Source of the DNA: Macrostomum lignano
Taxonomy: Eukaryota
Assembly (NCBI GenBank): GCA_002269645.1
Contig: NIVC01000975.1
Coordinates: 310,001-374,000 of the forward strand
Length of the DNA stretch: 64,000 bases
Reading direction: 5' to 3'
The notes under the pieces were generated by a model. It did no database searches and was not told the origin of the DNA. It saw only the letters and a list, made by a program, of their open reading frames with translations. Numbering within the stretch: position 1 is the stretch's first letter; every line of letters begins with the position of its first letter. Positions 1-30,620 of the stretch are shown one piece after another. Made by a program: the position numbers and the translations under genes.

Positions 1-660
1 GGGATATTTTCGGGATTTATTGAGGATCAGAGCTGAACTGAGATATTTTCAAGATTTATTGAGGATCAGAGCTGAACTGGGATATTTTTGGGATTTATTG
101 AGGATCAGAGCTGAACTGGGATATTTTCGGGATTTATTGAGGATCACAGCTAAAGTGGGATTTTTTAGATTTATTGAGGATCAGAGCTGAACTGGGATAT
201 TTTCGGGATTTATTGAGGATCAGAGCTGAACTGGGATATTTTCGGGATTTATTGAGGATCAGAGCTGAACTGGGATATTTTCGGGATTTATTGAGGATCA
301 GAGCTGAGCTGGGATATTTTCGGGATTTATTGAGGATCAGAGCTAAACTGGGATATTTTCGGGATTTATTGAGGATCAGAGCTGAACTGGGATATTTTCG
401 GGATTTATTGAGGATCAGAGCTGAGCTGGGATATTTTCGGGATTTATTGAGGATCAGAGCTGAGCTGGGATATTTTCGGGATTTATTGAGGATCAGAGCT
501 AAACTGGGATATTTTCGGGATTTATTGAGGATCAGAGCTAAACTGGGATATTTTCGGGATTTATTGAGGATCACAGCTAAAGTGGGATTTTTTTAGATTT
601 ATTGAGGATCAGAACTCAGCTGGGATATTTTCGGGATTTATTGAGAAGCTGAGCTGGGAT
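1..660. repeat. 39-bp minisatellite filling FAM98 intron 2
   Basis: Unit GGGATATTTTCGGGATTTATTGAGGATCAGAGCTGAACT repeated about 16 times; explains the 13-aa periodic ORFs 134..574 and 174..596. Confidence 0.97.
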
Positions 661-700
661 CCCCAGGCTTATGGGATATTTGTGGAATCAAGTTCCGCAC

Positions 701-2280
701 CTTATTAACAGTAGACAGAGCTCGGAGCCGGGCCTCCCCAGAGTCAATCTTGTCCAAATTCAGCAGCCAATCCCTGCTAGCCAGCAGTCTGGCCGTGGTA
801 ACCAGAGCGCCGGCGCCTGCGCCGTCCATAGCGGCTCGCAACGGCTGATAAACGGCGTCAACTTTTTTCCGCTCTTTGCGAACCCGATCGGACCAGAAAA
901 AGCTGGATATTGTGGCGTCCAGCCGGTCCAATAGCAGCCTCCGTCTGGTGCCGTACTCCCTGTGCAGCCTGGCGCTGGCCTCGCCCGCCTTGGCCCAGTC
1001 CGATTCGGACAGCGGCGGCCGCGCGTTCGGATCGATCAGCGGCTGGCCGAGATGGCCGTCCGGCGCCGATGAAAGTCGCTCGGACACGCGGCTGATGAAA
1101 CGATTGAACAGCTGGGCTGTGGAGTGGTGTAGAGTTCAGATTAGATGTAGAGATTAGACGATGGGTAGATTCGGCCAGCGAGGAAGTAGATTCGGCCAGC
1201 GAGGAAGTAGATTCGGACAGCGAGGAAGTAGATTCGGCCAGCGAGGAAGTAGATTCGGACAGCGAGGGAGTAGATTCGGACAGTGAGAGGGTAGATTCGG
1301 ACAGCGAGGATGAGTAGATACGGATAGCGAAGGGGCAGATTTGGACAGCGAGAACGGGTAGAATCGGACAGCGAGAACGGGTAGAATCGGACAGCGAGAA
1401 CGGGTAGAATCGGACAGCGAGAACGGGTAGAATCGGACAGCGAGAACGGGTAGAATCGGACAGCGAGAACGGGTAGAATCGGACAGCGAGAACGGGTAGA
1501 ATCGGACAGCGAGAATGGGTAGAATCGGACAGCGAGAATGGGTAGAATCGGACAGCGAGAACGGGTAGAATCGGACAGCGAGAATGGGTAGAATCGGACA
1601 GCGAGAACGGGTAGAATCGGACAGCGAGAATGGGTAGAATCGGACAGCGAGAGAGGATAGATAATGTCGATTCAACACAACCCCTAGGTGTTCCAATTCA
1701 TATACTGATATGGCAAGTCCCCAGGTCAGTTCTCACCTGCCGTCACTTCATCAGGCGGTCGGCCCAGCTCCAGCGCAGCGGCTGCCAGTCGCAGATGGGC
1801 GCCCACCTCTGACTCCTGCGTTGCAGCAGCGGCAGCCGCAGCGGCGGCGGGGCCCCGCAGCAGAGCCGGGCGAGTTCGCAGCAGCAGCCGTGCCGCCTGC
1901 ACCTCAGTAGCCAGAAACTGCAGCAGCAGCCGCCTGGCTGCCGGGTCAGCCAATTGCTGGCCAATAGACACACCGCTACTAGTAGTAAGACAGGCATATG
2001 GACAGCCGTATTCGCGCAGAAATCCAGTCAATTCCATGTGAAATGCTTCAACTGTGTCGGCATTGTTTTCCTTGTTGGATAATAATTCCGGTTCTGTTAT
2101 GGACTCTTCTATGCCGTGAAGGCCGCACAGCTCGGCAGATAGGCGAGCAACTAATCTAGTAAAGCTGTTAGAACTCGATCCCGATTCTAAGGCAGTAGTC
2201 AGACCGGATTCCCCACCAATGTCAGTCAGTAGGCCAAGATCTTCTAACACATCGGCCAATTCTTTACAGTCTGATGACAT
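701..2280 (-). CDS. FAM98: FAM98 family protein, 3'-partial; exons 1737..2280 and 701..1116, continues beyond the left edge
   Basis: FHMELTGFLREYGCPY, LLLQFLATEVQAARLL, LHREYGTRRRLLLDRLDATISSFFWSDR and STVNKV match FAM98A/B motifs. Donor GTGAGA at 1736, acceptor CACAG at 1117 (phase 1 joins EVTA-AQLFNRF), next donor GTGCGG at 700. Confidence 0.92.
1160..1650. repeat. 21-bp/23-bp minisatellite in FAM98 intron 1
   Basis: GATTCGGCCAGCGAGGAAGTA (21 bp) grades into GGGTAGAATCGGACAGCGAGAAC (23 bp). Confidence 0.95.
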
Positions 2281-4252
2281 TTTTACAACTGAAATATTTT
2301 AACGCCACAGACACTTTTTTAGCACTGGCCACTGATGAGTTTGTGTCCTATAATACAGGTACATTAAAAATGTCCCATAAAGAAAAATAAGTGAAATGTT
2401 TATATAATGTTTTCTCTTTCAAATAGTCAAATAGTATTTAGCATGCTTGCTTTTAATAAACTTAAACTATATACATAAAGATATACCATTTTTCATAATT
2501 GCAAATTTATTTTTTAACATTTCATTTCCTTTTTAGACTCTAGTGCAATATAGATTCAATTTGCAAGTTGCTTGCATAGTGTAATGCATCTAAAAATTCT
2601 AATAAATGCCTATTATCTAGTTGAACTTAAAAAATGAACTCCTATGGCATAGTATACCTAAATCTTCTAGGGGTCTAAAGTGTGTCTGCAGGTTTTCTAA
2701 AAGCACCTAGCATGCATTTATGAGTTTTTAATAAAAATTCCAATAAGTTTTTGTTTTTGCCTTTGAACTATCATATATACTTTTTCTGATATAATTAAAC
2801 AATGAATACTTTTTAGTGCCTATCATATGCCTATTTTCAACTATTTTCTTTAAGAATTGTAGTTTCTATTTAGTTTAATGATAAATACCATAATAGATTC
2901 AATGGACAGATTGGTGATAAATTATGAACTGCCAACTAGTGAAACTTGGTGAATAGATAATCTTATAGATAAAAAATCAATAATAAGCAATGGTTATAAG
3001 TGTAGCAGCAAATAGGTAGCCAGCTATGGTTTTAGTATTGCACTAAGATAATTGAGTTATAAATGCTTGAGTTAATAAGTCTACTATATCTATTCTATAT
3101 TAATTGGCCACTAAATAAGTCTACTTATCTAACTAATAGTTATACTTTATACCAGAGACGAATCTTTCAAGCTATATCATTGAATATCAATTTTAAATAA
3201 ATTTAAAAAGAATTAAATGTACAAAATTAAAATTCATCTAGATAACTTTTTTATATATCAATATCTATATCTAATATGCTATTTTTAGCTTTTTATTTTT
3301 TTTATTAATAAAAATAAATCTAATATAGATAAAATAGCCAAAACCTAAAAACCTTTGCAATAAAGCCAAAAAGTTAGTTTTAGGCTTAAAATATATGAGG
3401 ATATGACATTGTTAATATTGGCCAAAATTTGGTATATTTTCTTTTTAGAATTAAATAATTGTAATCAATATAATAATAATTATGAAAGTTTGTTACCCCA
3501 CATTACCCACAGTATATTCCCCAATAGGGTTTTAAATTTGCTTCTTATATGCTTATCTCTCTTTACTCCCTTGCCTCTTATGCAATGCATGTTTTGTTTA
3601 TTTATCCAATCTTCCTTCCATTGTAAGTCACTGCCAATAGCATGCCTCTGTTCTTAGCTCTATTTTGTCAGTGCCTTTAAGTGTGATCTACTGTCAACCA
3701 AATAAATAAGGTATAAAATTGAGGTAAGGTAGCACGCTTTAGCAAGCAGAGAAATACAAAAGTTAAAATCAACATAGAAAGAATTTATTATAATCTATGT
3801 TGATTTTAACTTTTGTAAATAAGGTATAATTTAATGGAATCAATTGAATCAATCTAACTAGCTAATCTATTGTTTATATTGATTTGATCTAACTAAGTTT
3901 TGATTGCTAACTTTCTTTGCTATCTGCTGTTCTGGAGGTTCGTATTTTGTTATACGAGCTCGTATTTTTGGGGGTTTTGCTAATTTAATTGTACATGTAT
4001 TTTTTTCTTTATTTAATGTACATGAGCCAACCGAACCCCCTCTCTCTCTGCTAACCTCACCCCCATGTTAAATATTAATTAAAAAGGGCGTGATTTTGGT
4101 AAGCGTGCTTTTTGCTAAGTGGTTGTTTGTTTTGTTTGCCTGCGCGAGAACGCAGAGGTATTGAAAGGCTACAAACATACGATTTTCGCCTACTTAATTT
4201 TTTTTCGGTTTTTGAAGAGTTAGTCAATTTAACATCTGCCAAGGAAGCATTT

Positions 4253-5037
4253 GGCTCATTCCATATAAGATGGACATTTTTGGAATAGAAAAAAGTCAAT
4301 ATTTTTGCTTGCCATTGCCTTATCAGCCAATTTTTTTACCAAATGTTTTTTATGTGTAATATCTACAATCTAAGAATAAATGAATGATAAAATGTTAGAT
4401 TAGTATGCTATGAAGTGGCAAAAAGTCATTTTTGTAAAAATTTAGACATTTTTCTAAGCAAAAGACATCATTAAGTTTGTGTACCTTTTAAAAACAAATA
4501 GAAAGCTTTGGAAGGTTGAAACAAACTATAGATAAAAGTATAGTACTTGCATCATCAGATAAAAGTATTGGTGACCAAATAATCTATTATATTTTTAATA
4601 TATTGGTACCTCAAAGTTACTGAATTGACAGAAAAAAATATGTTACGACCATAATGTTACGACCATAAGGCTGCCTTTTCTTTTGTATCTTTGTTGCCTT
4701 TTTGAGTTTATATATTCTACAAAAAGAGTATGATTACTAAAGATGTTCTGAGTCAAATTTTAAAAAATGTATTGCAAAATATCAAACATAAAAATGTTAT
4801 AAGACTTTTACCTTTTAGTTTCTATATGTCAAAAATCCTATTGTTACGACCATAAGTGCCATTCAAGGTTTAATAGCATCTATACTAATGATGATATCTA
4901 CATGAAACTCTATAAAAATATTTTTGACAAAATTATCTTTCATTTAAAATATTGGTTTAGTATATTCTATTATTATATTTCATTTTATAAGTAAAAATAG
5001 CCTGTCATGTTACGACCATGCTTATATGGAATGAGCC
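4253..5037. mobile_element. Non-autonomous DNA transposon (MITE-like), Sola-like
   Basis: Perfect 17-bp TIR GGCTCATTCCATATAAG at 4253 with its reverse complement ending at 5037; ATTT on both flanks (4-bp TSD, AWWT type); internal motif TGTTACGACCAT at 4641, 4655, 4842 and 5008; no ORF. Confidence 0.72.
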
Positions 5038-5783
5038 ATTTGCTTGGCACTATACCACTATTATTTGCAAGAGGTTAGCAAAATAGGTGGCAATACCTTT
5101 TTGCTGTTTCTAGACACATGGAGCCCACTGCAATTAAGTCAAGTAAATAAGTATACTATTATTATTACATCACTAATATTGTTATAAATAGGCAAATTTT
5201 CTTATAGGAGACTACAAATTTTTTCAAAACTTTTGCTTTTAGCCTACGCCTTTGTTCTTTTATTCTTCTTAAAGTAGACATAATTTAATATAGTAGGTCC
5301 TATAAAAGTTGTTTTCTAAATGGAAACAATAAAGTAAACCTATTGAAAAGATAAACACTTCTATATTAATTTTCAATTTTGTTAAAATTTCAAATAGGCC
5401 TATATCTAGACTAAATTAAAAAATTAAAAGATTAATTAAGATAGTATTCTGCCATAGCCATAGACCTAGCTCTAGCTATGGGATCTTATAGCAAATATGA
5501 TAAAATAGATACCTATGGCAGTTATAGATATGCCTATGGTAGCTCGCTGCTCTTATGGCTATATGAAAATATTGTAGTTGCTATCATATTCTATAGATTC
5601 CCATAGCCATAGTTATTATTTTTAAAAATTGAAAAAATATATTAGAAACAGGTAGGGGCCTAGAGTTAAACAAATATACTTTAGTAAACTATATTATCAA
5701 AGTAATAATGGGATCCCTATGGCTATGGAATATGGAGAATTGGAATAACCCATAGTTTTGCTTATGGCTATGGCTATAGTAAT

Positions 5784-6724
5784 GAGTATAACTTTGGCCG
5801 TCAACTTTTCCGTTAACTTTTCCGTCAACTTTTCCGTCAACTTTTCCATCAACTTTTCTGTCAAGTATTCTGTCAACTTTTCTGTCAAGTATTCTGTCAA
5901 CTTTTCTGTCAAGTATTCTGTCAAATTTTCCGTCAACAATTTATTGTTCTAAAAAAACATATGTGACTTTCTCAAATAGGATCATCATGTGAGTAGCTCT
6001 TTAATCATTTATTGTGTTTGCATACTTATATATATCGATGAAAAAACAAACCTGCGTTAGTAACAATGTGCATCTTTAATTTTTTCCATTTTCTCTAGTA
6101 CCAGCGCTTCATTTCACAAAGATAAATTGATGAATAAGTGCAGATGTTGAAGTGCAGGTAATAGTGCAGCAATACCAATTAAATTCTGGAACATGTCGCG
6201 CTGGAAATTTTTGTGTTTTTTATTTAGAATTTATACATGTACATAAATGTGTATACTCTCAACAAATTTAAAGCATGTATAAAATATTGCTAAGGAAACT
6301 GCACTTATGCAAAAAATTAACACTTTTTATTCAGAGTACACAAAAAATTTGATAGAATATATTTTACGGACTTGCATAAATGTGATGAGAAGTGATGAAG
6401 TGAAGTGAAGTGAAGTGAAGAAGTGAAGTAAAGTTGATGAGAAGAAAAGTGATGAGATATTTGGCGGAAAAGTTAACGGAATAGTAAATGGAAATGTTGA
6501 CAGAAGAGTTAACGAAAAAAATTATCGGAATACTTGACGGAATAGTTAACAGAAAAGTTAACGGAATACTTGATGGAAAAGTTAATGGAAAAGTTAATGG
6601 AATAGTTGATGGAATAGTTGATGGATAAAGTTATTTATCCTACTAACACGAAAAGTTGACGGAATAGTTGACAGAATAGTTAATGGAAAATTTAACAGAA
6701 AAGTTGACGGCCAAAGTTATACTC
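5784..6724. mobile_element. Foldback-type non-autonomous element with 12-bp subterminal repeats
   Basis: GAGTATAACTTTGGCCGTCAACTTTTC at 5784 is mirrored by GAAAAGTTGACGGCCAAAGTTATACTC ending at 6724. Each is followed inward by tandem 12-bp GTCAACTTTTCY-type units in opposite orientation. No clear TSD. Confidence 0.65.
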
Positions 6725-8156
6725 GTGCTATAGTACATGGACCCTCCTTATGGTGGAACACTAAATTAAGAATTCAAAAAAGCTATTAATATTATATTAA
6801 CTTTGTTTATTTTTAATGATTTATAATAACTTTTTATGCTAAAACTTATGATAATTGATAAGTCTTATCATTTTTCAATTTTAAAAATACAATAACACTT
6901 ATTTTTGTGAGAATTATATTTATGCTGTTGAGACCCTCACTATCTCTAATGTTAAATAGATTCTATATTAGGGACACAGCCACCTTCCATGTCTAAGTGT
7001 GAACTTTTTCAATAGGAGTCTATTAATGACATCGCTGCTAGTAGTACTATGTAGACTTCATTGACATAGCCATTGGCAATGCTGTCTCTAGTGGGAGATG
7101 TGTTCTTTATTGTATAGACTAGACTGTGAATGGTCAACCCACTTTGTAAAAGTCAATAATGGCAAAAATGATTTTGCAGTGTATTTTTTTGTCTAGGCCT
7201 AGCGCCTAGGGCCCTAGGCCTAGGCCCAAACTTAGGAGTCTTGTAACTGGCTTGTATATTCTAATTTTCTGCCGATGGATTTATAATTATGCTTATTATG
7301 CTGGTTGAGAGCCAAAGAACTAAATTATTACAAATGATAACTAAGAGTTAAAAATACAGAATATTCTCGAAATTGGAAGTCGGCCTTGTTATAATTTATC
7401 AAACTAAAGAACATACAGAACTAAAGAACTAAAGAACATACATCGAGCTAAAGAAATAAAAAATCGACTCAATGCAGCAGCAAAGATAAATATATGTAAG
7501 CTTTCCTCCTTTCATCTCATCATTCAGGGCATGAATTTCATGCATCCGTTAGTTAGATTACAAATGATCAAATAGTCGTCGTCGATTATTTAAAATTTTG
7601 TAAAATTTTGTGTTGGTAAAAAAACAAATACAATCTATCATAAGAAAGCTATTGTAAGCAGTTAGTTCTCAGTTAACTTTCAGAGAATAATGTCAAGTTT
7701 TACTTGTATTGTTATCAGGTGAAATATTGACATTTAATCCATTACACCAAAACATTTATTTGGTGAAACTTGATATCACACGGCGGACAAATTAAGCAGG
7801 ATTATACAACACGATATTGCATGTTATATTGATAGCGTTGTATGGCATCGGACACTGTAATGCATTAATCAATTAACTAATACATTTACACAACGGGTGC
7901 CATATGCGATTAAAAACTATTCCTTGCAGGTTTCATTTAAACGGATTTGAAACTGATTGCATGATCGTGTGTGGAGCTATAAGTTTAACGACAGTAAATG
8001 TATAACATCTATACTTGAATGCAATGCTTTCTTGTTGATCATCTGGTCGAGAATTTTAACAAAGACTGGACAGACAACACGCATAATTAGTAAAGCGTTT
8101 GATTATTTGTCAAAACAGATACGACTCAACTGCAAACCAGCAGCAAGCCATGCTAC

Positions 8157-25065
<16,909 letters not shown>

Positions 25066-26177
25066 CTAGGGAGGCCGGTGCGGTCATATGTAGCTGATTT
25101 GGGGGGATATGGGATCTCAATAGCAAATAGAATTATGTCTTGTTTACTAGGCTAGGCTAGAGGTGCTTAAGCGTGAGCCTATAATCCATGCGGACACACT
25201 AAAAGCAACACACACACTATATCGATACACGCTCTCGATGTGACCTTCCGGTTAAGGCTGTCTTTACAGTCTGTCTAACTGCCCTGTCTGCCTGTCTGTA
25301 TCTGCTTGTCCGCCTGTCGGTCTCACTAAACTCGCTCTTTTCTGTCTGTCTCTAAGGCATGAGGAGAGGCACCCAGTCGGTGCTGCCGCATGCTCAGTAC
25401 GTGCGTTGTTTCTGCCTGTGCAGCGGCGAGGGGGTGGCGGAGGGCAACGAATGGGGAGGAGTGGGGGCGGGATCTGGGGAGAGTCGGTGTGTAAGGGGGA
25501 AGGACGGGAAGTGAAGTGGTTTCGCGCTGAAGATATCAGGAGGGGTGCCGCACCCCCCCCCCCACCGCAGAGCTGGAGAAAAGTCACTGCTCTGCTTGCC
25601 GCTCTCCTTCTAGAAGCAGGGAATTTTGCCAGAGGCCCAATCCGGCAGCCGGACAAAAGCATACGTAAGAACAATGCACACGCCCACCTCTGCCCCGGCA
25701 AAATAAGTGATTAAGCTATATGAAAGCAATGCGTGTCCCCTGCATATCTGCTTTCAAACTTGAAAAGAAAAACTTAATACGAGAGAAGGAGAGAAGAGGC
25801 AAGAGCGACGCGAGGGAACAGAGAGACCGGTTCATTTCCAAGGCAAGGCGTCCTGTCTGAACCGCCTACCCCCTCCCCCGTGAACAATTTCGTTATTATG
25901 CAAATTCTAATATTGATTTGTATGGGGAGCAACTTTCTCGCTCAACCCCTGGACTTCCCCGGAGGAGGAAAACTGTGGTATTAATTCGGCCTGTCTGCTG
26001 GGTGTGCTATTAAGTCTGCTTGAAAGCAGTAGTTTTGGCTCAGTGCTCAGCACTTATAATGTCCCTCTGATATTGAATCTGACGGCTCAATCGCGAAAGC
26101 CTTCCTTGGGGCGCTTGCTGATCTTAGGGTCCTCTCAGGTGATCTTAGGTGAAAGCACCGCAACCTCCTCGTGGCAC

Positions 26178-28170
26178 CCCGACACTCCTCAATGCGCACC
26201 GACACTCCTCAATGCGCCCCGACACTCCTCAATGCGCCCCCTGCGACACTCCTCAATGCGCACCGACACTCCTCAATGCGCCCCGACACTCCTCAATGCG
26301 CCCCCTGCGACACCCCTCAATGCGCCCCCTGCGACACTCCTCAATGCGCACCCTGCGACACTCCTCAATGCGCACCCTGCGACACTCCTCAATGCGCCCC
26401 GACACTCCTCAATGCGCCCCCGCGACACTCCTCAATGCGCCCCCGCGACACTCCTCAATGCGCCCCCTGCAACACTCCTCAATGCGCCACCTGCGACACT
26501 CCTCAATGCGCACCGACACTCCTCAATGCGCCCCCTGCGACACTCCTCAATGCGCCACCTGCGACACTCCTCAATGCGCCACCTGCGACACTCCTCAATG
26601 CGCCCCCCGCGACACTCCTCAATGCGCACCGACACTCCTCAATGCGCCACCTGCGACACTCCTCAATGCGCCCCCCGCGACACTCCTCAATGCGCACCGA
26701 CACTCCTCAATGCGCACCGAGACTCCTCAATGCGCCCCCTGCGACACTCCTCAATGCGCACCCTGCGACACTCCTCAATGCGCCCCCCGCGACACTCCTC
26801 AATGCGCCCCCTGCGACACTCCTCAATGCGCCCCATGCGACACTCCTCAATGCGCACCGACACTCCTCAATGCGCCCCCCGCGACACTCCTCAATGCGCC
26901 CCCCGCGACACTCCTCAATGCGCCCCCCGCGACACCCCTCAATGCGCCCCCTGCGACACTCCTCAATGCGCCCCCTGCGACACTCCTCAATGCGCCCCCT
27001 GCGACACTCCTCAATGCGCCCCCTGCGACACTCCTCAATGCGCCCCCTGCGACACTCCTCAATGCGCACCGACACTCCTCAATGCGCCCCCCGCGACACT
27101 CCTCAATGCGCCCCCCGCGACACTCCTCAATGCGCCCCCCGCGACACTCCTCAATGCGCCCCCCGCGACACTCCTCAATGCGCCCCCCGCGACACCCCTC
27201 AATGCGCCCCCTGCGACACTCCTCAATGCGCCCCCCGCGACACTCCTCAATGCGCCCCCTGCGACACTCCTCAATGCGCCCCCCGCGACACTCCTCAATG
27301 CGCCCCCCGCGACACACCTCAATGCGCACCCCGCGACACCCCTCAATGCGCCCCCTGCGACACTCCTCGTGGCGCCCCCTCCGTCACTCCTCATGGCGCC
27401 CCCTCCGTCACTCCTCATGGCGCCCCCTCCGTCACTCCTCATGGCGCCCCCTCCGTCACTCCTCATGGCGCCCCCTCCGTCACTCCTCATGGCGCCCCCT
27501 CCGTCACTCCTCATGGCGCCCCCTCCGTCACTCCTCATGGCGCCCCCTCCGTCACTCCTCATGGCGCCCCCTCCGTCACTCCTCATGGCGCCCCCTCCGT
27601 CACTCCTCATGGCGCCCCCTCCGTCACTCCTCATGGCGCCCCCTCCGTCACTCCTCATGGCGCCCCCTCCGTCACTCCTCATGGCGCCCCCTCCGTCACT
27701 CCTCATGGCGCCCCCTCCGTCACTCCTCATGGCGCCCCCTCCGTCACTCCTCATGGCGCCCCCTCCGTCACTCCTCATGGCGCCCCCTCCGTCACTCCTC
27801 ATGGCGCCCCCTCCGTCACTCCTCATGGCGCCCCCTCCGTCACTCCTCATGGCGCCCCCTCCGTCACTCCTCATGGCGCCCCCTCCGTCACTCCTCATGG
27901 CGCCCCCTCCGTCACTCCTCATGGCGCCCCCTCCGTCACTCCTCATGGCGCCCCCTCCGTCACTCCTCATGGCGCCCCCTCCGTCACTCCTCATGGCGCC
28001 CCCTCCGTCACTCCTCATGGCGCCCCCTCCGTCACTCCTCATGGCGCCCCCTCCGTCACTCCTCATGGCGCCCCCTCCGTCACTCCTCATGGCGCCCCCT
28101 CCGTCACTCCTCATGGCGCCCCCTCCGTCACTCCTCATGGCGCCCCCTCCGTCACTCCTCATGGCGCCCC
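26178..28170. repeat. 24-bp C-rich minisatellite, heterogeneous then homogeneous
   Basis: GCGACACTCCTCAATGCGCCCCCT with 20-bp variants to about 27365, then about 33 identical GTCACTCCTCATGGCGCCCCCTCC units; explains the 670-736 aa ORFs. Confidence 0.98.
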
Positions 28171-28807
28171 TTTCAACTGGGTTTCATGACAAAATAAAAC
28201 CTTGCTTTCCTTAAGTCCCCACTCTATTCAGATCCGTAGAGCGCACTCTTGTGTGACGCGTAATTCGAAGTCGGAAGTGTTGAGCTAAAGTACTCGAGGC
28301 CCTAACTAAATACTCGCTATAAAGTTTCAGTTGGTTTAATGAAATCTGCGCCATCTGTTTCACAGGAGGCATGCGCGAGCAGAACTAGTTTTAAGCTGCT
28401 CAAGGCATTCTGCCTGCCAGACCGGGGATAGTGAGTTAATCGGGGGGAGGGGTGCAGTTTCTTGGATTAGTGAGGCAGCATCTTTCCCTTCCCTATTGAT
28501 AAGCGGTCTGTTAAGTCCGCTTCTAGACTCTTGCAGGCGGGCAAGAGGGTTCAACTGATACTGATATTCAGGCCCGACTGCTGCTCCGGTAGGAAAACAT
28601 CAGCGCGCGCTTACTCGCACGAGTCTACTTGCAGTAGAAATATAAGAAAATACGAGTATATGGAATAGTTAATTGCGAATAAAATATTGTAGTTTCCACG
28701 CTTTTATTTCCGAATTTCTGAAAGTAGCAGATAAAGTAATAAATTGAGTGAAATTGCAATTTTGGCATGAAGGAGCACAGCATTGAGATTGAAATAGAAG
28801 TATCTGA

Positions 28808-29535
<728 letters not shown>

Positions 29536-29693
29536 AATTGATCAAAGCAGTTTGACTGCATGTCTCTCAGCAACAAGGCGGGAAGGCTTCCAAATGCAAC
29601 AGACGCGCTGAGTCACCCCAGCTAAACAGAGGCCCTCATGTCCCTCAATACCTCTGCAGCCATCGCAGCTATAGGGGGGTTGGTGTTAATCCG

Positions 29694-29707
29694 GTTTCCA
29701 TAGCAAC
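29694..29707. promoter_or_regulatory. RFX X-box-like motif
   Basis: GTTTCCATAGCAAC, about 0.9 kb upstream of the ZMYND8-like ATG. Confidence 0.45.
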
Positions 29708-30082
29708 AAGCCACACGCACCCTCGGCTGCCTAGGCTGCAGTTACATCACATTGGAGAAAAATAGAAACGAACAAAAACCTGCCCATTTAGCTGCGTCAT
29801 CTCTTCTCTCCGACTCTGCATGAGTTGAGCAGCTTCAGCAAGAGAAATAAAAGCCATCACCAGCGAGATGTGCGCAGCAGCTGCCGTTCCAGAGGGGGCA
29901 GAGGGTGGGGGGGGGGCAGACAGCACTGGGCCATGAACGGGCGTGGCTTCGCGCTACTCAGGTGAAATACGCTTCTAAAAGAAGGGGAAGAAAGAAAGAG
30001 AGACTATTTAGAGGCAATGCAAGAACAAGCCCCAGCCAGCCCCTCACCCCGCCCACAGCAGCAACCCCCACCTCCTCCCAGA

Positions 30083-30097
30083 GTTGCCAGTGGCAAC
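30083..30097. promoter_or_regulatory. RFX X-box-like motif (3-nt spacer palindrome)
   Basis: GTTGCCAGTGGCAAC. Confidence 0.4.
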
Positions 30098-30620
30098 CAG
30101 TCCGAGTGTTTACCTGTTGCCAGGGCAGCCAGATAGTCCGCCAAGAGGGTGCTGGGCGGAGCTCAGCCTCTGCTGGTTGGCTGCGGCGTTGCGCGCCAAC
30201 CTCCGCCCTCTTTACTGTCAGTTTATAGCTGGCCGGCCAACCTGCATGAGCTCCCCAGCCTTGCTCTGGCCTGGACGGCTCAAGACTCAAACCTCTCTCT
30301 CTCTCTCTCTCTCTCTCGACTCGCATACTGCTGAATTGTTGTGTTGTGAGCCCGGCGGGTCCTTCGCGTCACCCCCACACCGAGCCTGTCAACAAACGCG
30401 CCCCCCCTCACGAGTTTATTAAACTTGGCCACAAGCTTGGCAGATTTGACTCTCGGAGAGCATTAGAGTGCGGGCCCGCAAAGAGACAACGCAAACAGAG
30501 TCGGGCTGGCTTTGAGCCTTGTTTGAGCTCTCTGCTCAGTAGTTTTACGACGCTGAGAATTGTTGCTTTTAAGAAAGCCTTTTTTAAAAAAGCTCTCTTT
30601 TAAACCCGACTCAATACCGA

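Noticed and set aside
7193-7226. Cluster of CCTAGG/AGGCCT palindromes
   Set aside because: Short and low-complexity, with no TIR/TSD or other structure.
26004-28214. Very long ORFs (672-736 aa) in all three plus frames
   Set aside because: They are translations of a stop-free 24-bp tandem repeat, with no domain content or splice context.
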